The notes beneath the pieces are model-generated. The model was given only the letters and a program-made list of their open reading frames with translations. It was not told the DNA's origin and searched no databases. Below are positions 38,251 through 51,210 of a stretch of 64,000 nucleotides of DNA, in pieces (the first letter of the stretch is position 1; every line of letters begins with the position of its first letter). The DNA lies in the NCBI RefSeq assembly GCF_009834535.1, contig NC_045697.1:36148001-36212000 (forward strand). The letters run 5' to 3'. This DNA comes from Camelus ferus. Taxonomy: Eukaryota. The position numbers were made by a program, and so were the translations under genes.

Positions 38251-39300
38251 ATCTTCTGTCTTGAGCTGAAGAGATCCATGAATTTTCCCATAAAAGCATA
38301 GAATTTCTGCCAGGCAATCGAAAACAGGTTTTAGCAATAATTTGAAATGGAAGCTTAATTCTGAGTCTAGAGTCAAATTTGAAGGTAAGAGTGGCAGTTT
38401 CCCCTTGAGCCAGCATTTGTGCTACCAATCAGCAAGTGCCTGCCAGGTTTAAGAGAATGTTTTATGTAATCAATGAAAAAGGCAAACCAATATGGGACGT
38501 ATCCTATAAGGACAGGTGCATGAAAAGCAAAGTTGTTTTTACAGCCTCCAAACCTTAAAAGTTCTTTATAACACATATGTTCTCTTGGACCCAAAGTTGT
38601 TTTTTCACAGTAAAGTGTCTTACCTCTTTAAAACCACATATATCTGTTATAGGCCAGAGAATTTCTCTTGGCCAAGAAAGGCAAGAAAATCTATGATAAA
38701 CATGACAACAATCCAACAATGAACATAATGTCACAGTTCAACCAAACCCTGGGAAATGTAGATCTTGAATATTTTCTTGGAACCTTCCAATTCCATGTAA
38801 GCCAGGATATTGAAGTATATATTAAGACCGCTTTCAATGAAAACAAAATGGCAGTGCTACAGATTTTATAAAAGTTTTGGCCAATGTTGTTAAGCTTTGA
38901 GTGTAACATTTTTTGAAAATTAATTGGAAGCCCAAATTGACTCTTCAAGAGTCACATGGTTCCCAAAATTTTCTTTAATGAGAACAGCATGTTGAAGAGA
39001 TACCACTGAAAAGAAAAATGAATAGAAATCTAGAAAAATTCCCGACTTCTGATTTACTGAGCTATTTACTGGCATTCACTGGAGTCCAATAAGAGAACTC
39101 TGTAGGTATAGTTGTGGATGCTCCACCCGTACCCCCTGGGGTTGGCAAATCCTTTCATGTGTTTGAAGAGGGTTCCACAGACCAGGGAGTTGCTCATAAT
39201 GAGGTCACCTTTCCTCGGCCCATCTAAACTGTGAAGGAAACTGCATTTTTTTGGATGCAACTTTTCAGACTGATAATTGGGCTCCTGTCTGTTTTCTTAC

Positions 39301-39453
39301 AGATGTTCAAATGTTCACAGAAGAGGTTGTTGGAAATAGCTTTCATTTTAAAACAGTCTGGTTTTAATGAAAACGGGTTTGAATGGGGAGTTGTGTGTAG
39401 CCATCATGGCTTATGTCTGAAGCTGCTGAGTCTTCTCCATCATGAGTTTTACT
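39301..39453 (-). other. Candidate spliced exon of an unidentified minus-strand transcript
   Basis: Long pyrimidine tract ending ttttctacttag| and donor CT|GTAAGA, in apparently unique sequence; stops in all frames from the acceptor, so UTR, non-coding or start-containing. Confidence 0.3.
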
Positions 39454-39879
39454 CTAAGTAGAAAAGGATGAAGGGAAAACCATAGGAAAGAAAACACCAG
39501 GTTGTTAACAGAAAGTGAATATATATTTATAGTATTTTAACACTGACAAAAAAAAATATTCCTTCAAGCAGAATTTGCATTCTGAGATTTTCTTCTACCA
39601 GCAGAGTTTCCCTCATTCTAGCTTCAATAGTACTTTGCTTGCTCTAGTCTCCTCCATTCAGAGTTCTGAAAAGCTCTTCTGTACTGTCACTTCCTATTTC
39701 ATTAAAGAGGAAGATTGATTAGAGGGAACCTCATTTGGAATCAGAGACTGGCTCTCAGGCCATGGTCTAAAACACACACCACAGGTGATCAATAGATGTT
39801 CATTCTCCCTTCCTTTCTCCCTCTTTGCTCTTGACTCTCTCATTTCCAGTCCAGGTTGCATATCTGACTATCAGATCTA

Positions 39880-40030
39880 TCAAAATAAGAGCTTTTAAAC
39901 ACCATTTTAAATTTCATCATGGAACTTCCTTGCTCAAAATTTTCTAATGGCTCCCAACTGCCCACAGAATGTAGTCTGAACCTCTCTTCCTGGTACTCAA
40001 GGCCCTCTGTAATCTGACTCCAATTACTTT
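39880..40030 (+). mobile_element. L2 fragment
   Basis: acttccttgctcaaaattttctaatggctcccaactgcccacagaatgtagtctgaacc. Confidence 0.6.
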
Positions 40031-40199
40031 AAGATTCTCCAGCCCATTTTTAAGACAAATTTCTAGTGGACCAGTTTTATCACTGATTCTTGCCTTTAAT
40101 GGCAAGCCCTCAGCAAATCCTTCATTGTCCTCAACTTTAAGCGTATCTTTTGCATGAGGACTGGCTACCCTACTCCTGCTTCTGTTAGATCACAACAGC

Positions 40200-40420
40200 C
40201 ATAGCAATTAATAGCTGCCATATAATTTGTGCCTCCTGCAGTATCTCACAGTAACAACTTGTAAACAAGGCATTTTGATTCCTGTTTTACAGATAAGGGA
40301 ATCAGAGCTCAGTGACACTGACTTAAAACCATGTTGCTATTACAGAAGGGTGAAAAAAAGATTTTCTCCTAAGATTATCTGATGCTGGAACCACTGCTCT
40401 CTTCCTGACTCTATGCTGCC
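40200..40420 (-). mobile_element. MIR SINE
   Basis: attcctgttttacagataagggaatcagagctcag. Confidence 0.6.
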
Positions 40421-43400
40421 TTCATCGATCTCTTCTGCTCTGAACCTTGTCCAGCTTTATCTCTGGCATCACTTATTTGACACTTAATCTCATTCTGTTT
40501 TGAACGGCTAATTACATGGTTCACTTGTGCTTATCTTCCCAGTGTGGCTGTGGTAGGGCAGTGACATCACTCTAACAAGAAGGCCCCTCCATCGGCCTCT
40601 AGCACAGTGCTATGGACACAGGAAGGATGCAGTGGGAGAGTGTGGTCTGAAAGCATGTGTATACATTCATTTTTGAACTAGATTCTCCCTCTGGCTCCCT
40701 ATGTCTGTCGATAGCACTGGCACTCTTTGTGGAGTGAATGTTATCAAATGAAGAGCGTATCTTCATATCTTTAGCCCGTGTAACTACCAGAGGGTGTGAC
40801 TCATAGAGGATAAAAAGAAGGAGGTGAGCTTCACTGTAATGTCAACTGTCCAGCATTAATGAAATAGAAAATGGATGGAGTTAAGTAAATCATCTGAAGA
40901 AGGATATTTATAAACAATCCACATTGGAATTTGATATTTTTTCTCTAAGCATACCTCAATTTCATAAGGTGGGATTCATTCAAACCAAAATTTAATTTCT
41001 TACAATATAATAAAAATGAAACAATTTGAGATTCTATAGTGTTTTATTCTGGAAGCTTGCTAGTGTGAAAAATGGAAAGCATGTAGCTGTGTCTAACATA
41101 CATAATTTGCTTTAAGTTGGCTGAAAAATTTTTTTAAGTACTCTAAATTGTGCCACATCAAATACTTCTACTCTTTGGGTTCTCTCTCTTTTCTGTAAAC
41201 CGCAGCCTCATTACATCCTTTCAATGTACACTTCTTATTTCCTCTTAGAAGCAGGTTCATTACGGAGCTTCAGGTATTGTCATCATCATTATGCTTTGTT
41301 AATGACTCATATCTACTGATGAATTTGTAAAGGATCTTCATTAAGAATGAAAATGATAACTAATTTGAAATTAGAAGTTAAAAGATTTTCTGTTTGTTGA
41401 TATAAAGTCTTTTGTGAATGAGAGAAAACCTTTGCCAAACCTAAATAACTGTTCAAGTTTGGCTGTTTATTCATTTCCCTTATTTGGTGGGAAAAAAAGA
41501 GCAAGAGAGAGCAAGAAAATTGCAGGGACTATTCAGTCTATAAATCTGCCAGCAGACGTACTCTGTCAGTATTTTCATGGACTTTATTATGCAGTCTTTA
41601 AACAGCATATTCACGCCAGCTGGGTGGACTGAAATAGAAAACACGTCTCTGAGAAGAAGCTATTATTGGGTCAATGCTAATTAAAAGGGCTTATGCAACC
41701 ATCTGTGGGATCCCCAATAGCAGACGTTTGTTTCTAGAACCTTCAGTGCTGCTACATCTTAAGGTTGTCTCTAGCAGTTTTATGGATACCAGAGACTTTC
41801 TCGCTGATGGTGATGGGAACAAAGGTTTTGGTGAACCTGTTGGATTCGTAAGGTATGTTTTACAATTAATAGGGAGTTACAATCATTGCATATAACTTGA
41901 TTGACTTAAAGAGTTTCTATGGAGTCAAGTTGCCCTAGTGACAGTTCTGTGCAGAGTATATCAACACCACATTGTGTTGACCTGTTTACAGCACTTGTGC
42001 ACAGCATTTAAATTAGGAGATGAGATATCCTGTTTGAGTAACTAAGTGAGTAACTTGTGCACCCTGGTCGGCACTTTGGGAAGTGTAAGCATTCAGTTCT
42101 GCAAGAGTAAGTGTTGGGTGAGGATGAGAGGAACAAAGAGAATGAGCCTCACTGTTTCTGGCTTTGAACATGGAAGTGGTCACTTTGTACGTGTTGGTTT
42201 GATGTAGCTCTTAAGAAATGCACAAATTATTACTTTAAAAACTGTGCTTCACTATTTCAGTGGTAATAAAATTACTTGGAATGGCTGGTGTCAAAATGGG
42301 TTTTATTCTTGTTAGGTATTCCTCAGCACAGCTGTGTTGCCTAGGCCCTACCCAGCGCCTCATTTCTATCATCTGCTGCCCCCAGGAGTTTCCTTATTTC
42401 TACATCTGTTCTCTTTTCAATATAACAGCGTGGAGCGAAAAACACTCCTCTTTGTTAAGACAAGCTGAAGGACAAATAGGCTATGTCAAAAAGATAAAAC
42501 ATGTCTCAGATATACTTAGAATCAAGACCTGGTCTCATGGGTCTAATTAAGGCAGAGCTGAATAGTGCTTCCAAAGACTTCTGGGCCCTTTGATAACTGA
42601 TAATCCTGATAGGGTTTACAAAGCTGGTCTTGGTTGGACAGTTACACTGGGTTTCTCTAATTCTCTATATGCCACGGGGGTAGCATTGCCATTAACTCCC
42701 CAATCCATCTGGAAGAGCATAAAATCACTGCTCTGGTTTCCATAACCTGATATAACAGACATTTATTTCTATGCTGGTAGTATATGGCTTATCCTAAAAC
42801 AAACCAACCCAAAAGATCTGAGAACACTGGGCTCTGATTCCCACATGGCCACAATCAGCTAGAGCTGAGCAAGTGTGCCCAGTCCCTGTGGCTTGACTCA
42901 GGCCCACTTACATATTTCTATCACCTGTCTCATCCCTGCAAACATCTGAGTTTGCCATCTCTGTACAATTTAGAGTAAGATACATTGCACAGGGCCTTTA
43001 ATACACTTATGCTTTTGGTATTTGTGTAAATCAAACCAAACCTGACTTCTATCAAGGTATATAACTAATTTTAGGATGCCACTGAAGGCATAAATGTGTT
43101 TGAGGGTTGATGGGGACAGAGAAAAAGCACTAACGTTGGTAGAAGAACAAAGTTCTTGTCTTGGTTCCTTTCATCTCATTTCTAGGTCTCAGTTTCTAAG
43201 CAGTCTATAAGGGTCTGATTTATATCCTTAAAAAAATAACAAAGTCCAGAAAAGCCAAAAAATGCATATTTATATGTGTTACTTATCAGCTGGAGTTCAC
43301 AAAAGCACTGATATGGACCACATAGATAAGGGAGTTAGTCCTAAAATTTAGTGAAAGAGTATTCTGTATTCAAGGCAAGCCATTTAAAACGAAAACAACA

Positions 43401-43439
43401 ACAACCACCATCATCTGCTTACCCGTGCGTATCAGTGTC

Positions 43440-43836
43440 TGGCACTATTTTGCAATTGTTGCTTCACAACAGCAGCGATGTGCTCCTTTCTGTTTCCCAG
43501 CCTCCCTTGAGTCAGGGTGGCCACAGGACTAATTCTGAGCGATATGAGTGAATGTTACTTGTGTAATTTCCAGGCTCTTATGGTCAGGTGTATGTGTTCC
43601 TTCTTCACTCCCTTTCTCCCTTCCTCTCCACTCTCTTCACCTCATTTGCCTGCTGCAAGTATGTCAGCAGAGCCTCAAGATGGAAGCACTTGGGTCCCCA
43701 AGTCACTGATCAGAGGGGAGTTGCCTGACCCATGTCAGATTTTGATGTGAATGAGAAATAAGCTTCTGCTATATTAAGACACTGCAATTTTAGGATTTAT
43801 TTGTTATCACAGTATAACTTCACTTATAATATAACA
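43440..43836 (+). mobile_element. MaLR LTR (MLT1, late subfamily such as MLT1J)
   Basis: tttcccagcctcccttgagtcagggtggccac...gtgaatgagaaataagcttctgctatattaagacactgcaattttaggatttatttgttatcacag. Confidence 0.75.
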
Positions 43837-43879
43837 ACTAACACAAGACAAGTAAATTAGATGCTAAAGCTCATATAAG

Positions 43880-44163
43880 ACAGCAACTGTCATCTATAAT
43901 CCATAATTTCAAATTTTTGTATTCATTAAAAAGCTTTAATTTATTACAAGCAATACATTAAACTTATAGTTAATTAATTTATGAGTTTTTAAAGGCCTTG
44001 TTGCTATTACTGATGGTTTTTGTAATACGTTTATATATTTTAACTTATAAAATATGTTTATAATAATAAAACGCTAATATATTGTGTTTCAGATATCAGG
44101 GCTCTATGCAAAATTTATGTGTAATTTAAAAAATTCTACTTCTAAAGTGTTGGAAAATCACTA
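43880..44163. mobile_element. Probable hAT-Charlie remnant
   Basis: AT-rich body ending aaaaattctacttctaaagtgttggaaaatcactag, like a hAT terminal repeat. Confidence 0.4.
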
Positions 44164-44514
44164 GATGAGAGGATATCAAAGGTCCCATAAAATAAGATTC
44201 AATAACAAGTTCAGTACTTCCCTCTCTGCAACAAACGCAAACCACTGCCTTGAAGCACAAAGAAGTAGAAACCATGTCTATGAAACTCATGTTGCCCATT
44301 AGTGTCATGTTCCACTAGGTGTAACAGATAGGAAGCATTACCAAGAGCTGTAGGGGACTCTAAAAGAATTGATTAATCCTGTTATTTTTTAACTTCATTT
44401 TTAGAAAAGGGACATGAAGCTATTAGTAACAGAACTCCCAATAACCACGTGGAGCTAAAACATGTGACCACACGTCCATGTCTCAGTTCCACATGTCAGG
44501 ACTGTGATACTATC

Positions 44515-44979
44515 TGTGTTAGTTACCTATTTCTGAGTTATAAATTACCTCAAAAATTAGAGGCTTAAACATTAATAAATGTTTATTACCTCACAGTTTC
44601 TGTGAATCAGGAATTCAAGAGTGGTTTAGCAGGGGGTTCTGGCTCTGCAGGCTCTGTTTCCAAAATAGCCCACTCACATTGCTAGCAAGTTGGTGCTGAG
44701 TGTGGCAGGGAGCTTCAGTTCCTCACCACATGACTGAGTGTCCTCTGATGTGATGGCTGGCTTCCTCAAGAGGGGGAGATCCAAGAGAGAGCAAGGCGGA
44801 AGCCACAATATCTGTTATGACCTCACCTCAGAAGACATACTTTGTCATTTCTGCAATATCCTATTGGTTCAAAGTTTAACCTTTTCATTAGCCTTTCCAG
44901 TGTGGGAGGGGCCTGCACAAATGTATGAATACTGGAAAGAGAGACTCATCGGGCACCATCTTGAAGGCTTGCTACCACA
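44515..44979 (-). mobile_element. MaLR LTR (MLT1F-like)
   Basis: tgtgttagttacctatt...tcacagtttctgtgaatcaggaattc...ccatcttgaaggcttgctaccaca with TG...CA ends. Confidence 0.85.
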
Positions 44980-46789
44980 CGGTTGTCTTCAAAGAGGAAA
45001 GTCTTATCCATAATTAAACATGTAAAGCAGACACCTGTTCAGACTGTGTTTATCAGTCAGGCGTGAAATGTCTCTCCAAATATATTCACCTTAATCATGC
45101 TTTTCAAAAAAAATGTCTCATTTTGAGAGAAGGACTGGGATTTTCATGAAGATTTGCATGGTCACAAAGGAACATGTTGGCCTCCAAACAATGAACTTTC
45201 CCCCAGAAAGTATACAGTTAAAAGGAACCAGAAACATCTTGTTGACATAGCAAGTCTGTTATTAATCTTCTTAAGTACTGATATCCAATTAAAACAAAGA
45301 AACTTTTCAGCTTGATCTAATACATCATGTACTTTGCCTTTCTCAGTCCAAAAGAAAAAAAAAAGGAAGTATGTACTGGACTTCCTAGAAATTGGAACTT
45401 TAAAGCGGCATCTAAATATTACAAGTAAATAAAATCATGTGTCCTGGGAAACATACATGGAAAAGTTCTAGTATAAGACAAAATAGTCTCTAGGGGGAAA
45501 AGCCCCACTTATGAAACTAGTTTTCTCTTTATTTTTTCCCATCTAATTTTTTTTTTCAGCTGAACTACTATTTTATACTAATTTCCTCCATTTAAGCAAA
45601 TGTTAGATTTCAAACATAGCAACATAATGGAGCCCCAGTATCACTCTGAGCTGCCTGCCTTTCTGGCGGCAGACTCTTACAGTCTCTTCTTGGGGCTACG
45701 CGATTGCCATCTAAATGTTATGTCTTGGAGCAAGACTGGGCTGAATCTTCACAACTTGAGGAACTAGGACTTCTTCTGTCTTTCGGGGCAAGGAAACCAG
45801 AAAGCACCTGGACTTCATATGTGAGAACAATGATGGGGCCACAGGCACTGTTTCTAAAGATAAATACCACTTCACCATTCCTGAATATGGCAATGGGTTT
45901 AGCTATCAACAAAATACTAATTTTATTATAAATTTATTGACTTCTTATTGAAGAAATGGGAGTGAGAGGGAAGGAGGCTAGGAATACACGTCTGTCAGGC
46001 TCTGCTTCAAAATGCTGAAGGCAACAGCAGATCGGGTAGAACGAGGAAAGGGCATCACCTGTGGAGAATCAGGTGAGGCCCACATCAGTGAAGAGTGAAG
46101 CTAAAGTGATGGCTTCAAGCCAAAAAGAGGCTGGAAACAGATGGCGGCAAAATTAAAGCATCTGATTAGGGGGCTGGTAGCTAACAAATAAAAACAAACT
46201 GGGGAGACTTGACATATAATAAACATGGGTTGAGAAAAGGACCCAGTCATGCTTAACTTAAATAATTGCTGACCATCGTGCTGTGAAACTTCATGCATTT
46301 GTAAATAAAGATTAATAAAAGAAACATAAAGTAAGAAAAATAATAATTATCCAGAATAAAATTGCTAGATAATTATAACAAAACATGGGGAGTTAGAGCA
46401 GAGGAATGATGTAAACATGTACTAGAGGCATTATTTACCTTGTTGAAAGAAAAAAGCAATTTGCAAAATAGTATTATTTTTACTACAGTACTACTTTTAA
46501 TATTGTTCTACTTGTCTATGAAAAGAATATAGAAATATATATGGCATAGAAAAAGCTTTGTTAGGACACACCCAAATTTTTGAAGTGGCAATGAGGGAAC
46601 ATTTGTGCACTTCTGTATTATTTAAATTAAAAAAAATTAACTCCTTTTAAGAAATATCCTTTTAAATAAAAACTTCAAAAAATAGTAACTTTCCCAAAAT
46701 ATATTTTCAAAATATGAACTCTCATTTTTTGGCAGTGATATGCTGATGCTATGCCTCCTGCATTTTGTAAGTAGAACATTCACAGTTCA

Positions 46790-47250
46790 TGTTAGACACT
46801 GCAGCAGCCCCTGGAGTTCGCTGTGATCTCCCTTCAAGAAAGAACTTGCCTTTGAGCTGCAATGAGTGCAATTAGCAGACAGCCTTCAGCTGTCATGCAC
46901 GGGCATCCTCCTCTGTGGCTGAGCCAAGGCCAAGGCTACACTCCTCCCAGCTGTACCAGCCAAGTGCTGAGGATGGCCTGACCATTCCCTCCTAGGAGTC
47001 TCCTCTGACAGTCTTTGCTCCCAAATCCTCCTTGGGTTGGTCATGTCCTTGTCAGCTCTGTGTCCAGATCTGAGGATTGCTCTGCCTGAGTCCTGCTCCC
47101 CCCTCCTTCCCTTTCACAGTTGTCAGAGCTGCACATTAGCCAAAGGCCTTACCCCCTGTTATCTTTCAAAGCCATTACCAGCTACCACATAAAGCTCTTG
47201 CACTTCTAACCCTGTCTCAGCACCTGCTTCTTGGAGGACCTGGCCAACAC
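46790..47250 (+). mobile_element. ERVL LTR (LTR16-like)
   Basis: TG start; ends ataaagctcttgcacttctaaccctgtctcagcacctgcttcttggaggacc...aca. Confidence 0.7.
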
Positions 47251-47684
47251 AGACGTCTTTGGGGGTTTGTACACTTTACAAGGACTCTTCTTTTTTTCTG
47301 AGAACTCCTCTGTCCACTCCCACTCCATAATCCCTTGTAAAGCCTTGTTTTTATCATATGACTTTGTCCTGACATTACTGGCTGTGCAGGGAGCAGACAC
47401 ATAATCCAGGCTACACCAATTACTAGTGTAACCTATAATAAATTCTTCCCAGTGTTCCCCCTCTGATGTGCATGCTAGCTCAAGTAGATTTCTCTTACTT
47501 GTAAGCACAATTCTTCACTAGTACATTCAATGATTGTGTCCTTCCCAGCACTCGTGCACTCGACTTTATTTTATGGAGGTTCCTGAAAGGCAAGCTGAAA
47601 AGAAAGAAAATGCCATTTTCTTGGTGATTTCCATCATAAAATGGTAAGTGTATGCCTTTAAAAGGCTTGATCCTAAGGAATGTC

Positions 47685-47860
47685 GCTTGGATTGAGCACT
47701 GATTTTGAGTCTGGAGACCCAGCCACAAATTCCAGCTAACTGGTTATGCATCACTGGGCAAGCCACCTCACTTTCCTGGGGCTTGGTTTCTGTGATTTAC
47801 AAAATGTGGGGATTTTAGCCTAATTTAACTCTAAGGTCCCTTCCAACTCAATAATTTAAT
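47685..47860 (+). mobile_element. MIR3/MIRc SINE
   Basis: gagcactgattttgagtctggagaccc...ctgggcaagccacctcac...ctctaaggtcccttccaactc. Confidence 0.75.
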
Positions 47861-48264
47861 AATGTGCCCTAACACTGTTTTTCCAGAGACCATGACAGTC
47901 TCTGGCACATAATATGGACTCAACAAACAGTTTCTGAATTGAATAAATTAATAAGTAATTATAAACTTAAAGGATATTTTTGAGACTTTAGAAGCAAGTA
48001 AATGAAAATCTTTTTTTTTTTTTTTAATCTTGTGGGCAAAAGGAATACGGTTTATTATTCCCTCTTCTTTAAACTTTTCTCTGGTTTCTGGAATTTTGCT
48101 TTCTTCCCTCTCCAGCCCAGGCTTCATCATCCAAGCACCCTTGTCCCTGTCACTACTTTTTCCTGCTAAACCTGAACTCAAGTTAAGCCCATTTTATCCT
48201 CCTGTCCTACATCAGGTTTTCTGGGCAAGCAGCATAAAGAGGATAATGCATAATAGCATATATT

Positions 48265-48420
48265 GTACTTACTTGTATATTGACTCCCCTGGCTAGAATG
48301 TAGCTCCATGAGGCGTGGATATTTGTCTGTGTTGTTCACTGCTGTGTCTACCGCACTCGGGACAGTGCCCTGCACTTGGTAGGTACTTAATATTTGTGGA
48401 TTAAATGAATGAATAAGTGA
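48265..48420 (+). mobile_element. L2a 3' terminus
   Basis: ctagaatgtagctccatgaggc...tttgtctgtgttgttcactgctgtgtc...aatatttgtggattaaatgaatgaat. Confidence 0.85.
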
Positions 48421-48449
48421 CTACATGAATAACCATTCTAATATGGAAC

Positions 48450-49020
48450 CATCCTTCAGAAAAGCTATTTGCACTGAAGATTTAAATGTGAGGATTTTGC
48501 AAGGGGTATAGGAGAAGGGAGGGGGCATTTGTAATCGTAGTAGGCCAGGAGACACTGCAGCAAGGATCTGAAGCAGGTAAGGGAAGGAGCCACTCTCTCA
48601 CTTACTAAGGTCCCAGATCCTGTTTTGGGCTTGAACACAATCCAAAACAACAACAGCAGCACAACAACAATAACCCCTACCTGAGGCAGGAACAATAGCA
48701 AGTACAAAAGCCCTGAGGCAGGAGCAGTCCCAGCCTGCTGGCCTGTCTGAGGAACCACGTGCAGGCCTGTGTAGCTGAAGTGGCGTGACCAAGGTAAGAA
48801 TAGGAGGAGGTGAGGTCGGAGGGAACATGGCAGGCGGGGCTGGTAGGCCACTGAGGAGACTTCAGCTTCTACTGAGTGAGGTGAGAAGCTAATAAAGGAT
48901 TTTTTGAGCAGAGGAATGACATAGTCTGAATTCTGTTTTTAAAGGATGATTTTGGCTGCTGTGATAAGGTTACAGAGGAGCAAAGGCAGGAGCAGGGAGA
49001 CCCGTTGGAGACAATATAAT
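48450..49020 (-). mobile_element. L2 fragment
   Basis: ggaacaatagcaagtacaaaagccctgaggcagg...ttttgagcagaggaatgacatagtctga. Confidence 0.8.
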
Positions 49021-49079
49021 TATGCCTGTTAGAAAAATGTTCCCCAGTCATTCCAAAGCTATTACACCACAGGTGAACC

Positions 49080-49460
49080 CACTGTGTCCTCCCCAGACTT
49101 GTTTCTTTGACCTGTTTTTCCCATCTTCAAAAACAGCACTTCCTGACCCCTAACCGTTCAATCTAGAACCCTGCAGCTCGCTCCAGACCCTGTGGACACT
49201 CCCCCTCAAACACCTTTGGAAGCTATCGCCTCCTCTCCACCCCACTGCAATGGCGCAGTCATTACTGCCTGCACGCTGACAGAAATCTCCTAACAAGGCT
49301 CCTTGTTTCCAGCTTTGCCCCTCAGAACAGTGATTTGTCTCAAGACCCAGATGTGAACACAATGGTCCTCTGCTCCTATGACTTTTCACTCCTTAAAGAA
49401 TAAAACTATTCTATACGATAGCAGGTCCCACAAGACCCTTCACGAAGTAGCCTTGCCTGG
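49080..49460 (+). mobile_element. L2 fragment
   Basis: cctctccaccccactgcaatgg...ctcctaacaaggctcc...ccttaaagaataaaac. Confidence 0.55.
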
Positions 49461-49533
49461 CCATGCAGACTGGGCACTCACTACTCCCTCTCAGGTATCC
49501 TGTTGTCTAGCCTTAGTAGAAGAGTTGTTCAAA

Positions 49534-49623
49534 GGGGGAGGGTATATCTCAGTGGTAGACCACATGCCTAGCATGCATGAGGTCCTGGGTTCAATCCCAG
49601 TACCTCTATTAAAAAAAAAAAAG
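49534..49623 (+). mobile_element. Vic-1-type SINE, short form
   Basis: ggggagggtatatctcagtggtagaccacatgcctagcatgcatgaggtcctgggttcaatcccagtacctc plus poly-A; TSD gttgttcaaa at 49524-49533 and 49624-49633. Confidence 0.92.
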
Positions 49624-50485
49624 GTTGTTCAAAATATTCTAACCACAGAGATGGTGATTTAGTAGCTCTTGGAGCTCATTTCTCTTCTCTCTCTTTCTCC
49701 TCCTCCTTTTTAACTTCACAAAACTCACTGCAGCCAGGATTAGAATGACTAGTTATCGCATTATAGGCTTATAGTTTGGTCCTCATCTCAGACAGTGAGT
49801 CCAAAAGGAGGCAAGTATATTTCTCTTACTGTCATTGTTTTTTTTCTGCCAGCACATAAATCATATCCACCTATCTCCACACCCGAGCTCCCACCTCTGC
49901 TCCCTGCAAAAGAACACCTGCCTTGGGTCTGGAATGAGCTGTATGAACTTACAGTCCACTTAGTACAGAACTATGCCACTAAAAATAAAGCTACTGCAAT
50001 GGAAAATTCAACTGAAGAGCCTGCCATTTGTGTTCAGCGGACAGTAGCAGGAGAACTGCCACGCTGTCCCTGGTGGCAGTGTGGGCCCCACCGTGTCATA
50101 GCAAATGGCACAGTTTCCCAAATACTCAGGTTACCTGGAGAAGAATTCAAGCAGATTTACAGCATTTTAGTTTTTCCTTCACGCTAGATTTCACTAATAT
50201 CATTGCTTTGACTGTATGCCCTCTACTGGAATGCGTATTTGTTTTATAATGTGGCTTTTTACTTAGGAGTGTTCCAAGACATTTAGTGCTGGTGTTTGCT
50301 TTTCTAATCTCATCTAAGAGTCACTTCATTTATTAATGCAATTTGTGTTTTATTGCCTGCTATGCACTAGTATTCCATGGCCAATATATTTCTTATTAGA
50401 TATGTAATTTAGGTCTCAAAATGTAATTTTGAGGGTCAGTAACATATTACCATGTATCCAGAACTTGTGATTTCATACACTTGTA

Positions 50486-50488
<3 letters not shown>

Positions 50489-50516
<28 letters not shown>
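50489..50516. repeat. (CA)14 microsatellite
   Basis: Direct reading. Confidence 0.95.
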
Positions 50517-50521
<5 letters not shown>

Positions 50522-50882
50522 CTTTTCTCACTCTCTGTATAATAAAACATACTTATAATTTTATTTTCCCACAAGTTTCCTTATAAAATTAGATTGAATC
50601 TTAGATATCTATTGGTCTTATATTCTCCAAGTAAGGTACTTTCTTTGCGGGATTAGCACACAACGCCAGGCGCATGTATTGCAGGTATACTTATTGAATG
50701 ACAAACATTTACTTAATGAGGGAATGAATTTATCTACTAATTATTTACATATTTTGGAAAATAAAAAAAGTGTATGGCTATCTCAATATAAGTTCCTATG
50801 AACTAAGAAAAACTTTAATATGCCTTGAAATACTCTTCGTAAACAAATTCTCTTATAGTTATAATCTAATGTCTTAATTTAC

Positions 50883-51001
50883 TTTTTTTTTTTAAATTTA
50901 TTTTTAGTTTTAGTTTTTTTTAATGGAGGTACTGGGGATTGAACCCAGGACCTCGCACAAGCTAAGCATGTGCTCTACCGCTGAGCTATATCCACCCTCC
51001 C
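50883..51001 (-). mobile_element. Vic-1-type SINE, short form
   Basis: T-rich tail then atggaggtactggggattgaacccaggacctcgcacaagctaagcatgtgctctaccgctgagctatatcc. Confidence 0.9.
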
Positions 51002-51049
51002 TAACTTCTTAAAATATAAGTTTACTCACTGTCCATGGAATAAAAAAAA

Positions 51050-51210
51050 TCATAGCTTTGTAGAGTTGGAAAGTCTCCCAGATATCATTTAGGTGACCAC
51101 CCCATTTTAAAGATGAGGAAACTAAAGACAGAAAGGTCACTCAACTATCCATGGTCACAGCTACTAAGGAGCCGAAGTGGAATCAAAATCCAGCTCTCTG
51201 GATTTTCAAT
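51050..51210 (-). mobile_element. MIR SINE
   Basis: cccattttaaagatgaggaaactaaagac...atggtcacagctactaag. Confidence 0.75.

Noticed and set aside
38938..38954. Palindrome TGACTCTT-C-AAGAGTCA
   Set aside because: About one inverted repeat with 8-bp arms and a fixed spacer is expected per 64 kb
45630..45931. Overlapping ORFs near 45.7 kb as a coding exon
   Set aside because: No recognisable protein and no convincing acceptor and donor pair
48450..49460. Opposed L2 fragments as a dsRNA hairpin
   Set aside because: The copies look too diverged for extended pairing
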